DNA of 64,000 nt from positions 168,686 through 232,685 of the forward strand of contig CAWEPZ010000013.1 of NCBI GenBank assembly GCA_963811105.1. The letters run 5' to 3'. Made by a program: the position numbers and the translations under genes. How positions within the stretch are numbered: the first letter of the stretch is position 1; every line of letters begins with the position of its first letter. The stretch comes from Candidatus Bathyarchaeota archaeon (lineage in GTDB: Archaea > Thermoproteota > Bathyarchaeia > Bathyarchaeales > Bathycorpusculaceae). This document shows positions 1 to 10,251 of this stretch, piece after piece. The notes under the pieces were generated by a model. It made no database searches, was not told where the DNA came from, and worked only from the letters and a program-made list of their open reading frames with translations.

Positions 1-673
1 GTACTCTAAAAGACCGCACGTAAAATCGAGACAAAACACCGGATTTTCCTATTTTTTCTCTTATAAAACTAATTATGGGTAGAATAAAGCGAGTGAAGCC
101 AACAATGATGAGTACCGTGATAAATACTATGACATACCAACTTGACAGTTGATCTGAAAGAGTGGGACCAGCTGAGGTACTTGGAGTTGGCGTGGAGCTC
201 GTCGTAGGAATCAGCGTGGGAGAAGCTGTTGGGCTACCCGAAGCAGGAGTAGGCGTAGGTGTTGAGGTAGGGTTGCCGGGTGCAGGGGTAGAAGTTGGGG
301 TAGGAGTTGGAGTGGGACTTTGTAAGTTGCTAATTGCATATTGCGCTGCTTCAATTATCATTCCATTGGTTTTGTCAATGTCGGTTGTGACAACGCGTCC
401 GTTCTCATCGATACCGTCAGAGTATCCGCTTGATGGATTAGGTAGATGAGACTCAACATACGAAACCATATTTTCAGTAAAAGGAGTATCATGCATCGCA
501 AGCAAACCAACTGCAGATTTGAAATAAATAATTGGTGTGATTCCAACTTTGTCCTTGTTCACATTCTCTATGGTCCAAGTTGAACCGTCCTCCTTTACAA
601 TCCACTCGTAAACATATGAAGGATTGTCCAAACCTGTATTTCCTTCGCTAAAGGCTGCAAACTTGCCTGTAGT
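1..673 (-). CDS. C-terminal continuation of the DUF3131 protein with Pro/Thr/Ser linker and TM anchor
   Basis: Manual translation: TTGKFAAFSEGNTGLDNPSYVYEWIV...KTNGMIIEAAQYA-SPTPTPTPTSTP...-WYVIVFITVLIIVGF. Open to the window edge. Confidence 0.6.
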
Positions 674-1502
674 TGTTGTATCTAGCTTCATGAGCGAAAT
701 ACACTTGCTCAGCCAAACCATTCAGCTTACCATTAGGGGCAAGATTAAAAACAGAAAGAAGCAAAGGTTCACACATTAATTTTGAAGTAGGTAGCGTTAC
801 GCCATAGGTGGAAATAGTAGGTGCTGACACAATATTGTTTAATATTGAGCTAGCCAAAGTTGAGAACCGGCTTGGCCAAAAACCGGCGAAGGCACTTGCA
901 ACATAGTAATCATAGAGGTTCTTTGAATTTGTTAGAGCGTCAATTGCCTGTTCCAACGGAGCATAGTTAGTTCGATTATACACAATGGAGTTGATGGTCT
1001 CTGCCAATTCAGGCCTAAAAACTCTCAGATTGTTAAGAGCTGCCAGCAACTCTCCAGCATCGGCAGCGTTTTGCTGGTCAGCGACATATGGATTCCCATT
1101 AGCAGATTGGTACCATTCATAAGGCAAGCCATTAGATGCAAGCTGACGAATTTGAAGGAACGTCAATATCTTGTTGAATCTCGCATCCGCTCCCCAAGTG
1201 CCACCTGCGCTTAAAATTCCTAGACGGTTAACAGCGATTATTGATTGAATGTAAACTCCCAAATCCCAATCGGTAAAATAAGGATAACCCAAACCAGCAC
1301 CGTGGAGCCCCGTTATGGAATCTACCGCAACCCCAGGCTGGAAATATTTCCAGGCGTTATTCGCCAAACGTAACCAATATGCCTGATCAACCACCAAACT
1401 ATTTTGTTGACCTTCGGTTATGGGTACCAACGATTGAGTGATCCCGGACAGAAACATAAAGATGAGTAAAACCGCAACAACGTGCTTCGCTTTAACTTTC
1501 AT
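648..1502 (-). CDS. Secreted DUF3131-family protein (putative glycoside hydrolase-like), N-terminal part; frameshift at ~675
   Basis: Signal peptide; AWKYF and YFTDWDLG..YIQSIIA..RLGI motifs typical of DUF3131. Reading continues in another frame (TTGKFAAFSEG...). Confidence 0.7.
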   Translation of the reverse strand: MKVKAKHVVAVLLIFMFLSGITQSLVPITEGQQNSLVVDQAYWLRLANNAWKYFQPGVAVDSITGLHGAGLGYPYFTDWDLGVYIQSIIAVNRLGILSAGGTWGADARFNKILTFLQIRQLASNGLPYEWYQSANGNPYVADQQNAADAGELLAALNNLRVFRPELAETINSIVYNRTNYAPLEQAIDALTNSKNLYDYYVASAFAGFWPSRFSTLASSILNNIVSAPTISTYGVTLPTSKLMCEPLLLSVFNLAPNGKLNGLAEQVYFAHEARYNNYRQVCSL

Positions 1503-1771
1503 AGATAAACCCTCGGTACACCAGACAAAAGGTTAGAAACCGTGAAGCGCAAGATAAATCTTTTTGGAAGCCTCTGCATTTATTCATTATATGCTTGCAA
1601 GGAGCACAATGGCAACACGGTGGTGGTAAGTAACTTGGATATTTTTGTATTGGCCTTCTCTGGCCGGATACATCTGGCTGGTTCTAATGCATCAAAAGCT
1701 ACTTTTGAGGGCTAAATCTAAAACAGTTTTACCAAAATCCTTTTTTGGTTTCTTTTGCATAGTACGCAACA

Positions 1772-2917
1772 GTGGAGTGTCTAAAAATAAAAATTGTCTT
1801 CGTCACCAATTATCCACCAAGACGTGGCAGATTATCCGAGTATGCTCTTAACTTAATAGATGAGCTCCAAAAATGTCCCAGCGTGAGCCACATTGACATA
1901 ATCACTGAAGTATCTTCTAATGAAGTTACTCGAATAAGTGACAAAGTAACTCTGCATCCGGTATGGAAATCAGACAGCCCCTTATCATTCATTTTAATTC
2001 TTAAAAAAATAATTGCCCTTAAACCCGACATAGTTCATTTTAATATACACATGGCAGTTTTCGGGCAGTCTAGAATATCCAACTTCGTAGGGCTTTCCTT
2101 GCCCTTCCTGTCCATGATAATAGGTTTTAAGACTATTGTCACCATGCACAACTTTGTTGATAAAATTGACATAAAGAAAACGGGTTTCAAGGACACTTTT
2201 ATCAATAGATTAAGCGCTTTCTTGGTCACTAAACTAATCGCATCGAGTTCAGCCGTCACTTTAACCATGAAATCCCACACTGATTTTTTCAACAAAAGAT
2301 ATCACTGCAAAAAGGCAGTAACAATTCCGCATGGAACCTGGAATAACAGTTCCTATACCCAAGAGCAGGTTTGCGAGAAGGACTCGATATTATACATAGG
2401 ACATTCAGGACCGTCCAAAGACATAAATCTACTTTTTGATACGTTCAACATTCTTGAGAGAAAACATCGAGGATTAAAACTAATTGTTGCAGGAACGTCC
2501 CACCCGAACCACCCACATTATCTCGATAAATATAGAAAAAACGCAGATAACGTATTTTTCACTGGATACGTTCCTGAGGATCAACTTCAAGCTCTATTTG
2601 AAAAAGCAAACGCTGTCATTCTTCCCTACCACACATGCACTGGTACAAGCGGAATTGCCCATTTAGCAAGTTCCTTTGGCACACCAATAGTGGCAACAGA
2701 TCTTCCCGAATTCAGAGAACTGACGAAAGAAGGATGCGGTTTATTAGTTAGTGCACATAACCCGCAAGCTTTAGCTTCAAGAGTTGAAGAAATCATCGAT
2801 AATCCTCGCCTTGCACTTGAATTAAAAGAACGCAACATTACTTTCGCCGCTTCAAGATCATGGAACATCGTTGCGGAGCACTTTTGCTCCTTATATGAAG
2901 AATTGTTGGGAAGGTAG
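1772..2917 (+). CDS. Glycosyltransferase family 4 (GT-B)
   Basis: NYPP..G.LSEY N-terminus, PDIVH, IPHG, LPY...GTSG, GTPIVATDLP motifs. Confidence 0.9.
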   Translation: MECLKIKIVFVTNYPPRRGRLSEYALNLIDELQKCPSVSHIDIITEVSSNEVTRISDKVTLHPVWKSDSPLSFILILKKIIALKPDIVHFNIHMAVFGQSRISNFVGLSLPFLSMIIGFKTIVTMHNFVDKIDIKKTGFKDTFINRLSAFLVTKLIASSSAVTLTMKSHTDFFNKRYHCKKAVTIPHGTWNNSSYTQEQVCEKDSILYIGHSGPSKDINLLFDTFNILERKHRGLKLIVAGTSHPNHPHYLDKYRKNADNVFFTGYVPEDQLQALFEKANAVILPYHTCTGTSGIAHLASSFGTPIVATDLPEFRELTKEGCGLLVSAHNPQALASRVEEIIDNPRLALELKERNITFAASRSWNIVAEHFCSLYEELLGR

Positions 2918-3134
2918 AAGAATCAAGGTATTCTTAGTTGCTCCTGAAGATCAACCTGTAATCATAGGTGGTGGGGGAATCGTCTGAAAACTTATCCGGG
3001 CAAAAGGGGAAGTTGGTCGCTCATCAATTAGCGCTTAAATTCCTTACTTAAGTTACTTGCCAAAATTGTTTGCTGATTGTGGGAACCACAATAAAGCGTT
3101 AACTAACTTATGTTTCAGGGTTTGGAACTAAAAT

Positions 3135-3252
3135 TTTACTCTTTTGTAAGTATTGCTGCTAAGCGAATTGAAGAGGTTATCGTGTTTGATTAAGACAGGT
3201 TTTGAGTTTGTCACAAATATGGATGGCGTTAAGTTGTTCCGAAAACCTAAAT
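3135..3252 (+). pseudogene. C-terminal remnant of an archaeal tyrosine recombinase/integrase
   Basis: LIKTGFEFVTNMDGVKLFRKPK matches the tail LMEAGFEYHAEAEGHKLFRKRK of the integrase remnant at 30269-30734. Confidence 0.6.
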
Positions 3253-3513
3253 GGGTTTTATTTTTTCTTTTTTTTGTTTTTTTGATCTTAGTCACGTCTT
3301 TAGCAAAGGCTTCCTCAACAACCAATGAAACCGGGCGGAGCATATTACGACGGGGTACGTTTGAACGCTCAGCTCACAGTTTGGGGAATTACTTAGAAAG
3401 ACCTAACCGCCCCCGCAAATTAGTTTGGCAATCAAGGCTGAATATTAAAATGTGATTGTAGGCACCAGGATTCTTAAATTAAATCACAGGAAATACCTAA
3501 AGAGGCAACGGGA

Positions 3514-3546
3514 GGGGATCCTAGCCCCATTCTACCAGTAAAAAGT
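3514..3546 (+). repeat. 33-bp dispersed direct repeat, family A copy 1
   Basis: GGGGATCCTAGCCCCATTCTACCAGTAAAAAGT; 29/33 identical to 16660-16692. Confidence 0.7.
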
Positions 3547-3686
3547 TGATGAAAGTGAGCCCTGATCGGACTTACCGAAAATAGTCTGAGCCCCGTCTCT
3601 AACATTTTAATATTTACCTGAACATTTTGTAGGAAAGGCAGCAAAGAGTCAACTATATACTTTGCTAAAGTGTTCGTTGTCTGACT

Positions 3687-5486
3687 CTATTGCTTTTTTT
3701 CTTCAAGGGCTTTTTGGTCGAGATAGTATTTTCCGTTGATTTCCACGAACATTTTTGTTTGTTCTTTTCGTCTTTCCATGATTCTTACAAATATTCGTGA
3801 CAAACCCAGTTCTTTAGCTGTCATTGCAGTTTGGGGGCTAATGGCTCCCTTCTCTTGGAATTTCTGGATAATTTGCTGGATTTTCTCATCTCTCCAGCCT
3901 TGCGGCTCTGTTGTTCCTTGTTGGCTTGGTGGAGGAGGAGGAACTGGAGCAATGGTCGGCGCAGATTGCATTGGGGCTTGAGTCTTTTGTGTTTCTATAG
4001 TTTCAACGGTAGTTGTTTTGCCTTGGTTGTCAGGTCCACTTCCACTGCTGTCTACTTCGGTTGCTTGAGAGGATGTTGGGTTCAGTTTTATGACAACTTC
4101 AGTTTTGTTTTTCACTGAAACAGAGATCGGTGTTGAAGCAATGTATCCTGTGGCGGTGGCTTTTATTGTGTAATCGCCGTCTTTGAAGTCTTTGAAAACA
4201 GTTTGTCCCTTGTTATTAGTGGCGCCTGATAGATCTTGTTGACCGCTGGCGAAGACAGCTGCTCTATAAATCGGCGATTGCGTTTGAGAGTTTTGCACTG
4301 TCGCTGTGAATTTGCGTTGGCGACTAAGCCATATAAGGATTATGATGATTAGCAATATGATGATGATTATGACTATGATGATCCAGATAATTGAGCCAAA
4401 ATCAAATGAACCTGGGTTTGTATTTGGTGTTGCAGATGTGGTTGAGGCACCCGATATGACCGACACGGTGTTGTCTCCGCCTTCTGCGCCGCAAGTAACA
4501 TATATTGCACCATTGCCTGAGTCACAGGTTATTGTCCATGGTAAGTGCCCCACAGTTATGGTTTCAACCAATTTGTTTGTGCTGTCTGATATTGCAACGA
4601 CTTTGTTGTTTTGATGAAGGGCTACGAATATTTCGCCTCGAGAGGGATCGTAAGCTACCCCTTCAACTTGCACTTCATGATTCAAGTTCGAAATTGTTGC
4701 AACAATTGCATTGGTGCTATCAGAAATAACGGAAACAACGGTATCGCTTGTACCCGTACCAGTAGGTACGAATATTTCGCCTTTTGCAGAATCGTAGGCT
4801 AAAAATGAAGGACCGCCCGGCAGACGCAATGTTGCAACTACCGCGTTGGTATTATCAGATATAACTGAGAGAGAGTAGTTCTTTGAGTCAGTTTCAAAAT
4901 TGGCTACGAATATCTCGCTTTTGCCAGAATCGTAGGCGATACTAAAAGGTTCGACTCCTACGGGTATTGTTGCTATCACAGTGTTTGTGCTGTCTGAAAT
5001 TACTGAGACGGTGTTGTCGTAAGAATTAGTTACAAATAATTCGCCCTTTGCGGAATCATAAACTATGTTGTAAGGGGATTGTCCTACGGGTATAGTTGCT
5101 ACCACGGTGTTTGTGCTATCGGATATAACTGATACAGAGTTGCCATGCAAATTCACTACGAATATCTCGCCCTTGGCAGAGTCATAAGCTACACCATAGG
5201 GGTAAGATCCTACGGGTATAGTTTCAACCACCGTGTTAGTACTGTCGGATATAACTGAAATTGTGTTGTCTTGACCATTAGTTACGAATATCTCGCCTTT
5301 GGCAGAATCATAAGCTACGCCCATTGGAGCTTTTCCAACAGGTATCGTTGCGGTTACTCCCAGGGCATTAGCCATGTTGACTGTTGATAAAATAAAAATT
5401 GCAATGAATAATAAAACAAGAAGTTTCCTAACTTTGAGCTTCCATAGACATTTCTCTTTCCTTCCTTCTGAATCGGGTAGTTTCAA
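3687..5486 (-). CDS. YVTN/YncE beta-propeller surface protein with internal TM helix and C-terminal beta-sandwich/low-complexity tail
   Basis: Repeats IPVG..P.GVAYDSAKGEIFVTN..DNTVSVISDSTN; poly-Ile TM helix; carboxypeptidase-regulatory-like GDYTIKATATGY. Confidence 0.85.
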   Translation of the reverse strand: MKLPDSEGRKEKCLWKLKVRKLLVLLFIAIFILSTVNMANALGVTATIPVGKAPMGVAYDSAKGEIFVTNGQDNTISVISDSTNTVVETIPVGSYPYGVAYDSAKGEIFVVNLHGNSVSVISDSTNTVVATIPVGQSPYNIVYDSAKGELFVTNSYDNTVSVISDSTNTVIATIPVGVEPFSIAYDSGKSEIFVANFETDSKNYSLSVISDNTNAVVATLRLPGGPSFLAYDSAKGEIFVPTGTGTSDTVVSVISDSTNAIVATISNLNHEVQVEGVAYDPSRGEIFVALHQNNKVVAISDSTNKLVETITVGHLPWTITCDSGNGAIYVTCGAEGGDNTVSVISGASTTSATPNTNPGSFDFGSIIWIIIVIIIIILLIIIILIWLSRQRKFTATVQNSQTQSPIYRAAVFASGQQDLSGATNNKGQTVFKDFKDGDYTIKATATGYIASTPISVSVKNKTEVVIKLNPTSSQATEVDSSGSGPDNQGKTTTVETIETQKTQAPMQSAPTIAPVPPPPPSQQGTTEPQGWRDEKIQQIIQKFQEKGAISPQTAMTAKELGLSRIFVRIMERRKEQTKMFVEINGKYYLDQKALEEKKQ

Positions 5487-5751
5487 AGTGGATTTAAGGC
5501 TTTTGTTTGCTCGCTTGAGATACTCGTCAATGAGTTAATTCTGTATGAGAATATCTACAAGCCGGCAACTGCCTGCAACCTAATTATCTCAGCGACAAAA
5601 CGCACGATCCTAATCGTGGGGATCTAACCTACAATCTGTTTTAGCAAGGATCCTGGTACAGATTTTAAAACAACAGACAAATAAACCGTAATTACAGTTA
5701 TTTAACCATATTGACCTCAAAAACAGCTCTAGCTGGTAAAATGGCGTCGAG

Positions 5752-5784
5752 GTGGATTCTAGCCCCAATTTAATAGTAAAATTG
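5752..5784 (+). repeat. 33-bp dispersed direct repeat, family A copy 2
   Basis: GTGGATTCTAGCCCCAATTTAATAGTAAAATTG; 26/33 identical to 13246-13278. Confidence 0.55.
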
Positions 5785-5984
5785 TTTTTTCAGCCATCAC
5801 AAACATGCCCGTACAAACCAGCCCAGGGTTCAAATCCCGAAGGCCACAAGTTGTCTGGGACCACTTTTGCTCTCTTCTTGGAATCTAAAAGTATTGCCGA
5901 CTTCTTGATGAGTCTGAGTATTGATTATGACATAAGTTTGAGAATTCACAATACTTATAGTCATTTCACTTGCCATTCTAACTC

Positions 5985-7157
5985 ATGAGCAAAAGAAATG
6001 CTCGCCGAGAAGCAAAACCTCAAGCAATTGAGACAGCTTCTCCTGTAATGATCAATTCAGCAGCGCTTGACAAAGAGAATCCCCTGCATATTTTACACGT
6101 TGATGATGATGCGAGTCATCTTGAAATCACGAAACAAATACTCTCAGATGAGAACAATTTTGAGATTGAAAGTGCCACATCTGTTGATGAAGCCTTCAAA
6201 AAAATGGAGAAGCAAACTTTTGATGCGGTTGTTTCCGACTACGAAATGCCTATTAAAAATGGCTTGGAATTTCTAAAAGAACTCCGAACGCAAAAAATGG
6301 ACATTCCTTTTATTTTGTTTACAGGAAAAGGCAGGGAAGACGTTGCAGTTAAAGCTTTGAATTTAGGCGCTGACAACTACATTAACAAAAACGGTTCTCC
6401 AGAAACAGTCTACTGCGAATTGGCAGATGCCATAAACAAGACTGTGGAACGCAAGAAATCAATAAAACTGCTTGCTAACTCAGAGGCAAAATATCGTACA
6501 CTAGTTGAGAATTCACTTCAAGGAATATCAATTCTGCAAGCAACTCCGCTCAGGCTGATTTTTGCCAACGAAGCTATGGGAAAACTTTTGGGCTATTCTT
6601 CTCAAGAGTTAATGTCGCTTTCGCAAGAAGGAATTATAGGTTTGGTTTATCATGAGGACAGAGCCGTTTTCTTTGGACGAATGGAAAACCGTTTGCGGGG
6701 TGAACCAGCGGGAGCGCCCTACGAGTTTCGTGGAGTACGAAAGGACGGCTCGATAATATGGATGAGTGCACTCGCTAATCGAGTTGATTATGAAGGGCAA
6801 CCTGCAGTCCAGGGCATGTTCTTAGATATTAACGAACGCAAAAAAGCCGAAGACTCTTTGAAAGAAAGTGAAGAAAAATTCAGGACTCTATCCGAAGAAT
6901 TGCCGAATATGATCTTCATAAACAAGCGAGGTAAAGTAGTTTATGCCAACAAGAAATGCGAAGAAATTACTGGATACACAAAAGAAGAGCTGTATTCTCC
7001 CAACTTCAACTTCCTTTCTCTGTGCGCACCGGAATATGTTGACGTAATGAGGTCGTCTTATACTAGACATATGAAAAACGAATCTGTTCCTTCGTACGAG
7101 TTCTCGCTCGTCACCCGAGATAATAAGAGAGTTGAGGCAATAATCACCACAAATTGA
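5985..7157 (+). CDS. REC-PAS signal transduction protein; N-terminal half of a hybrid histidine kinase (frameshift at ~7152)
   Basis: ILHVDDD...VVSDYEMP..NGLEFL...FTGKG receiver domain, then PAS domains. The PAS domain is cut at IITT|LMDYEG by a short A-run. Confidence 0.85.
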   Translation: MSKRNARREAKPQAIETASPVMINSAALDKENPLHILHVDDDASHLEITKQILSDENNFEIESATSVDEAFKKMEKQTFDAVVSDYEMPIKNGLEFLKELRTQKMDIPFILFTGKGREDVAVKALNLGADNYINKNGSPETVYCELADAINKTVERKKSIKLLANSEAKYRTLVENSLQGISILQATPLRLIFANEAMGKLLGYSSQELMSLSQEGIIGLVYHEDRAVFFGRMENRLRGEPAGAPYEFRGVRKDGSIIWMSALANRVDYEGQPAVQGMFLDINERKKAEDSLKESEEKFRTLSEELPNMIFINKRGKVVYANKKCEEITGYTKEELYSPNFNFLSLCAPEYVDVMRSSYTRHMKNESVPSYEFSLVTRDNKRVEAIITTN

Positions 7158-8686
7158 TGGATTACGAGGGAGAAAAGGCTATCCTTGGAATAGTAACTGA
7201 CATTACTGAACGCAAAAAAAATGAGGCGACCCTACGAGAGAGCGAAGAGCAGTTCAGGCAGTTATTTTCTAGTATGCCCAGTGGAGTAGCCATTTACGAG
7301 GCGATTGATAATGGAGAAGATTTTGTGTTCAGGGATTTCAACACTGCGGCAGAGGAGATTGAGAAAAAAAGCAAAGATAATGTTCTTGGCAAACGCGTGA
7401 CCCAAGTGTTTGCAGGCGTCAAGAGCTGTGGCATTTTTGATGTTTTTCAGCGCGTTTGGCGAACTGGCCACCCAGAATACTATCCAGTTGCACTCTACAA
7501 AGACGACAATAAGCCGGGTACCTGGCGCGAGAATTGGGTTTACAAACTGCCAAACGGAAATATCATAGCAATATACAACGACATTACCGATCGCAAGAAA
7601 GCCGAGGAAAATGTTAGAAAAAGTGAGGAGCGGTACCGAGAGCTTGCAAACTCTGTGCCGGAGATGGTTTTTGAATGTGACTTGACTGGAAAGATTACCT
7701 ACATTAGCCAACGTGCTATCGATTTCACAGGCTTCACCAATGAGGAGCTTTTTGGAAAGAACATGTTGGATTTCCTCGTTCCAGAAGATCGAAAAAGAGC
7801 CATAGAGAATATGAAGAGATCTTTTGCTGGCGAAAATCTAGGCAGCACTGAGTATTCACTTTTCAGGAAAGATGGCACATTCTATCCTACGTTGGTACGC
7901 ACCTCTCGAATAATTTCTCAAAACAAAGTAGTGGGTCTTAGAGGACTGGTCATTGAAATAACTGAGCGCAAGAAAGCCGAAAAAGCCTTGCAAGAAAGCC
8001 AGATCCACTACCAACTATTGGCCGAACGTGAACATGTGACTAACGAAAAGTTGAATGTAATTAGCAAGTTGACAAGGCATGACGTCCGAAACAAATTATC
8101 ATCGGTCAAAGCAAACGTTTACTTGCTTAGAAAGCGGGGTGGTGCTAATTCTGAAATAGCCAATTACATCGCCGCAATCGAACAGTCGGTAGAGCAGACA
8201 GAATCTCTCTTAGAATTTAGCCGGATCTACGAACAAATAGGTACTGAGCAACTAAAGACTGTGGATGTAGAGGAGTGTTTTAATGAAGCTACGTCTTTCT
8301 TTCCAGACCTGAAAAACGTGAAGGTTACAAACGATTGCCATGGGTTAAATGTGTTGGCTGACTCGTTGTTGAGGCAGCTCTTATACAATTTTATTGACAA
8401 TTCAATGAAACATGGAGAAAAAATTTCTCAAATACGAGTCTACTATAGGAAAGAAGGCAACGAAGCTAAGTTGGTCTATGAGGATGACGGAGTAGGCATA
8501 TCATCTGCTAACAAGTCCAGGACTTTTAGTGAAGGTTTTACAACAGGTAAGGGTACCGGCCATGGTCTATACCTTGTAAAGAGGATGATGGAAGTATATG
8601 GTTGGAAGATAGAAGAAGCTGGCGAGGAAGGAAAAGGAGTAAAATTTGTTATAACAATTCCTGAGACAAAGTTAGCTAAACCCTAA
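7154..8686 (+). CDS. PAS-domain sensor histidine kinase, C-terminal half
   Basis: H-box TRHDVRNKL, N-box NFIDNSMKHG, G boxes YEDDGVGI and GTGHGLYL. Confidence 0.9.
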   Translation: MMDYEGEKAILGIVTDITERKKNEATLRESEEQFRQLFSSMPSGVAIYEAIDNGEDFVFRDFNTAAEEIEKKSKDNVLGKRVTQVFAGVKSCGIFDVFQRVWRTGHPEYYPVALYKDDNKPGTWRENWVYKLPNGNIIAIYNDITDRKKAEENVRKSEERYRELANSVPEMVFECDLTGKITYISQRAIDFTGFTNEELFGKNMLDFLVPEDRKRAIENMKRSFAGENLGSTEYSLFRKDGTFYPTLVRTSRIISQNKVVGLRGLVIEITERKKAEKALQESQIHYQLLAEREHVTNEKLNVISKLTRHDVRNKLSSVKANVYLLRKRGGANSEIANYIAAIEQSVEQTESLLEFSRIYEQIGTEQLKTVDVEECFNEATSFFPDLKNVKVTNDCHGLNVLADSLLRQLLYNFIDNSMKHGEKISQIRVYYRKEGNEAKLVYEDDGVGISSANKSRTFSEGFTTGKGTGHGLYLVKRMMEVYGWKIEEAGEEGKGVKFVITIPETKLAKP

Positions 8687-8837
8687 GCAACCATTTTCCA
8701 TAGAGTCAAAAGGAAAACAGAAGACTTGCCAGCCAGAACCTTCGTAAACATTCAAAAAAACAGCATCGAGGAAATTAAGTATTGAGTCACTCAAAAAGTA
8801 ATCGAAGTTCAAGCGGTCTTATCGGTCGATAGCACAC

Positions 8838-8905
8838 AAGTGCCTGCTTCCGCCTTGCCTGTATGGCCCGGTGTGAAATAGTAGGCGTCTCCGGCTTCAA
8901 GAGTT
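8838..8905 (-). pseudogene. Cupin gene fragment
   Basis: Manual translation TLEAGDAYYFTPGHTGKAEAGT resembles cupin motif 2; no start codon. Confidence 0.4.
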
Positions 8906-8936
8906 AACGCATAATGGCTAGTTTAGTAAGCCCATG

Positions 8937-10244
8937 TTAAAGGCTCGTCTGCTTATTCCCCATTCTATGTACCCATTCGAAACTGACTCTTAACACATTC
9001 AGGAAAGGCTCTATTGTTAGAACTTCAGGGCTATCTCGTTTCTGATGATAGAAAGCCACCAATTGCTGCGGTATTTTAAAGGGAAGTAGCGTCGTAGCCT
9101 CAATACCTGCTCGACTAAACGGGGCGGCGTCGGTCCCTACACCAGATAATGCCGGCTTGATTCTATAGGGAACTCCAGCCGACTTGGCCGCTTCAGCAAC
9201 ACTTTTCACCAAATCTTGGGAATTCTTTACTGTGCCGTTTATGTCAGAAGAGAGAATAACAATTTCCGGATGAGCAACTGTTTCAAAGTTAAGCACTTGG
9301 GCGTGAAGTCGTTTTAGCTCTTCTTTATGTTGTTTTACATACCGCCGGGATCCTCGAAGCCCTGCTTCTTCACTTCCGAATGATATGAAACGGATTTCCG
9401 TGTGGTCGGGAACGTACTTGGGGTTTTCAACTAGGAACCGACATAATGCGACCGTGATTGCAGCCGCCGAGAGATTATCTGCCGCGCCTGGCACGTTGCC
9501 GCCGTTCTTTCTCCCGCCAGTAAAGAAAAGCCCAAAGATAATGGAGGGAACTACTGGGTAGATCATGGCCAAAGTCAAAGCATCCGTATGAAGAAAGACT
9601 AAATTGGCAATAACCAAACCGATCAACTGAATAACATTTATTGCTAGCATGGCGAAGAAGCCTATTGTAATAGTCAAGACTACGGCTAAGAATCCGTAGC
9701 CAAAAAGGCGAAGCCAAGTAAATTCTAGTGCACTATCATGGTGACCACTAAAAATAAGCAGTCGCTCCACCTTTGCTGATTTGCGTAAACTCCCAATTAC
9801 GTTCACCGACTTCTTCTTTTTAAAAAATAAGTCTATAAATTCAAAATCGAAAAAGAACTCAACAACAAATACTAAAACGGCGGCTATGGAAAACGCAAAA
9901 GCGGCAATAGCTACCGCCCAAGGAGAAATTGTTCTGAAAATTTCTAACGAAACGCTCAGTAGGGCGGCAATCAGTGTGAGGACAGCGCATATGGGATAAG
10001 AACCTACGAATGGATATGGTGCAAATGTGAATTCCTCAACTGAAACATTATTGGCTCCCAAGTGTGACGCTAGTTCTTCCTTGATGATAGCAGCTCTTTC
10101 CCGCTCTTGAGGGCTACCTGGCAAACCAGGGCCAACCTGCGTGCAAATCTTTCTGACTAAATCCAGAGCGTATTGGGCATCATTCTCATTAGGTCTAGCT
10201 TCTTGGTTAGTAGATGGCTTAGCCTGCTTCATGTGGCTATCCAA
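8937..10244 (-). CDS. Membrane-embedded M28 family metallopeptidase
   Basis: GHHDS, GAADNLS, SEEAGLRGS, GTDA.PF and YHQ..D zinc motifs; internal TM segments. Confidence 0.85.
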   Translation of the reverse strand: MDSHMKQAKPSTNQEARPNENDAQYALDLVRKICTQVGPGLPGSPQERERAAIIKEELASHLGANNVSVEEFTFAPYPFVGSYPICAVLTLIAALLSVSLEIFRTISPWAVAIAAFAFSIAAVLVFVVEFFFDFEFIDLFFKKKKSVNVIGSLRKSAKVERLLIFSGHHDSALEFTWLRLFGYGFLAVVLTITIGFFAMLAINVIQLIGLVIANLVFLHTDALTLAMIYPVVPSIIFGLFFTGGRKNGGNVPGAADNLSAAAITVALCRFLVENPKYVPDHTEIRFISFGSEEAGLRGSRRYVKQHKEELKRLHAQVLNFETVAHPEIVILSSDINGTVKNSQDLVKSVAEAAKSAGVPYRIKPALSGVGTDAAPFSRAGIEATTLLPFKIPQQLVAFYHQKRDSPEVLTIEPFLNVLRVSFEWVHRMGNKQTSL

Positions 10245-10251
10245 GTTCTCT

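Noticed and set aside
162-449. Gly/Val-rich plus-strand ORF
   Set aside because: Antisense of the Pro/Thr linker of the DUF3131 gene.
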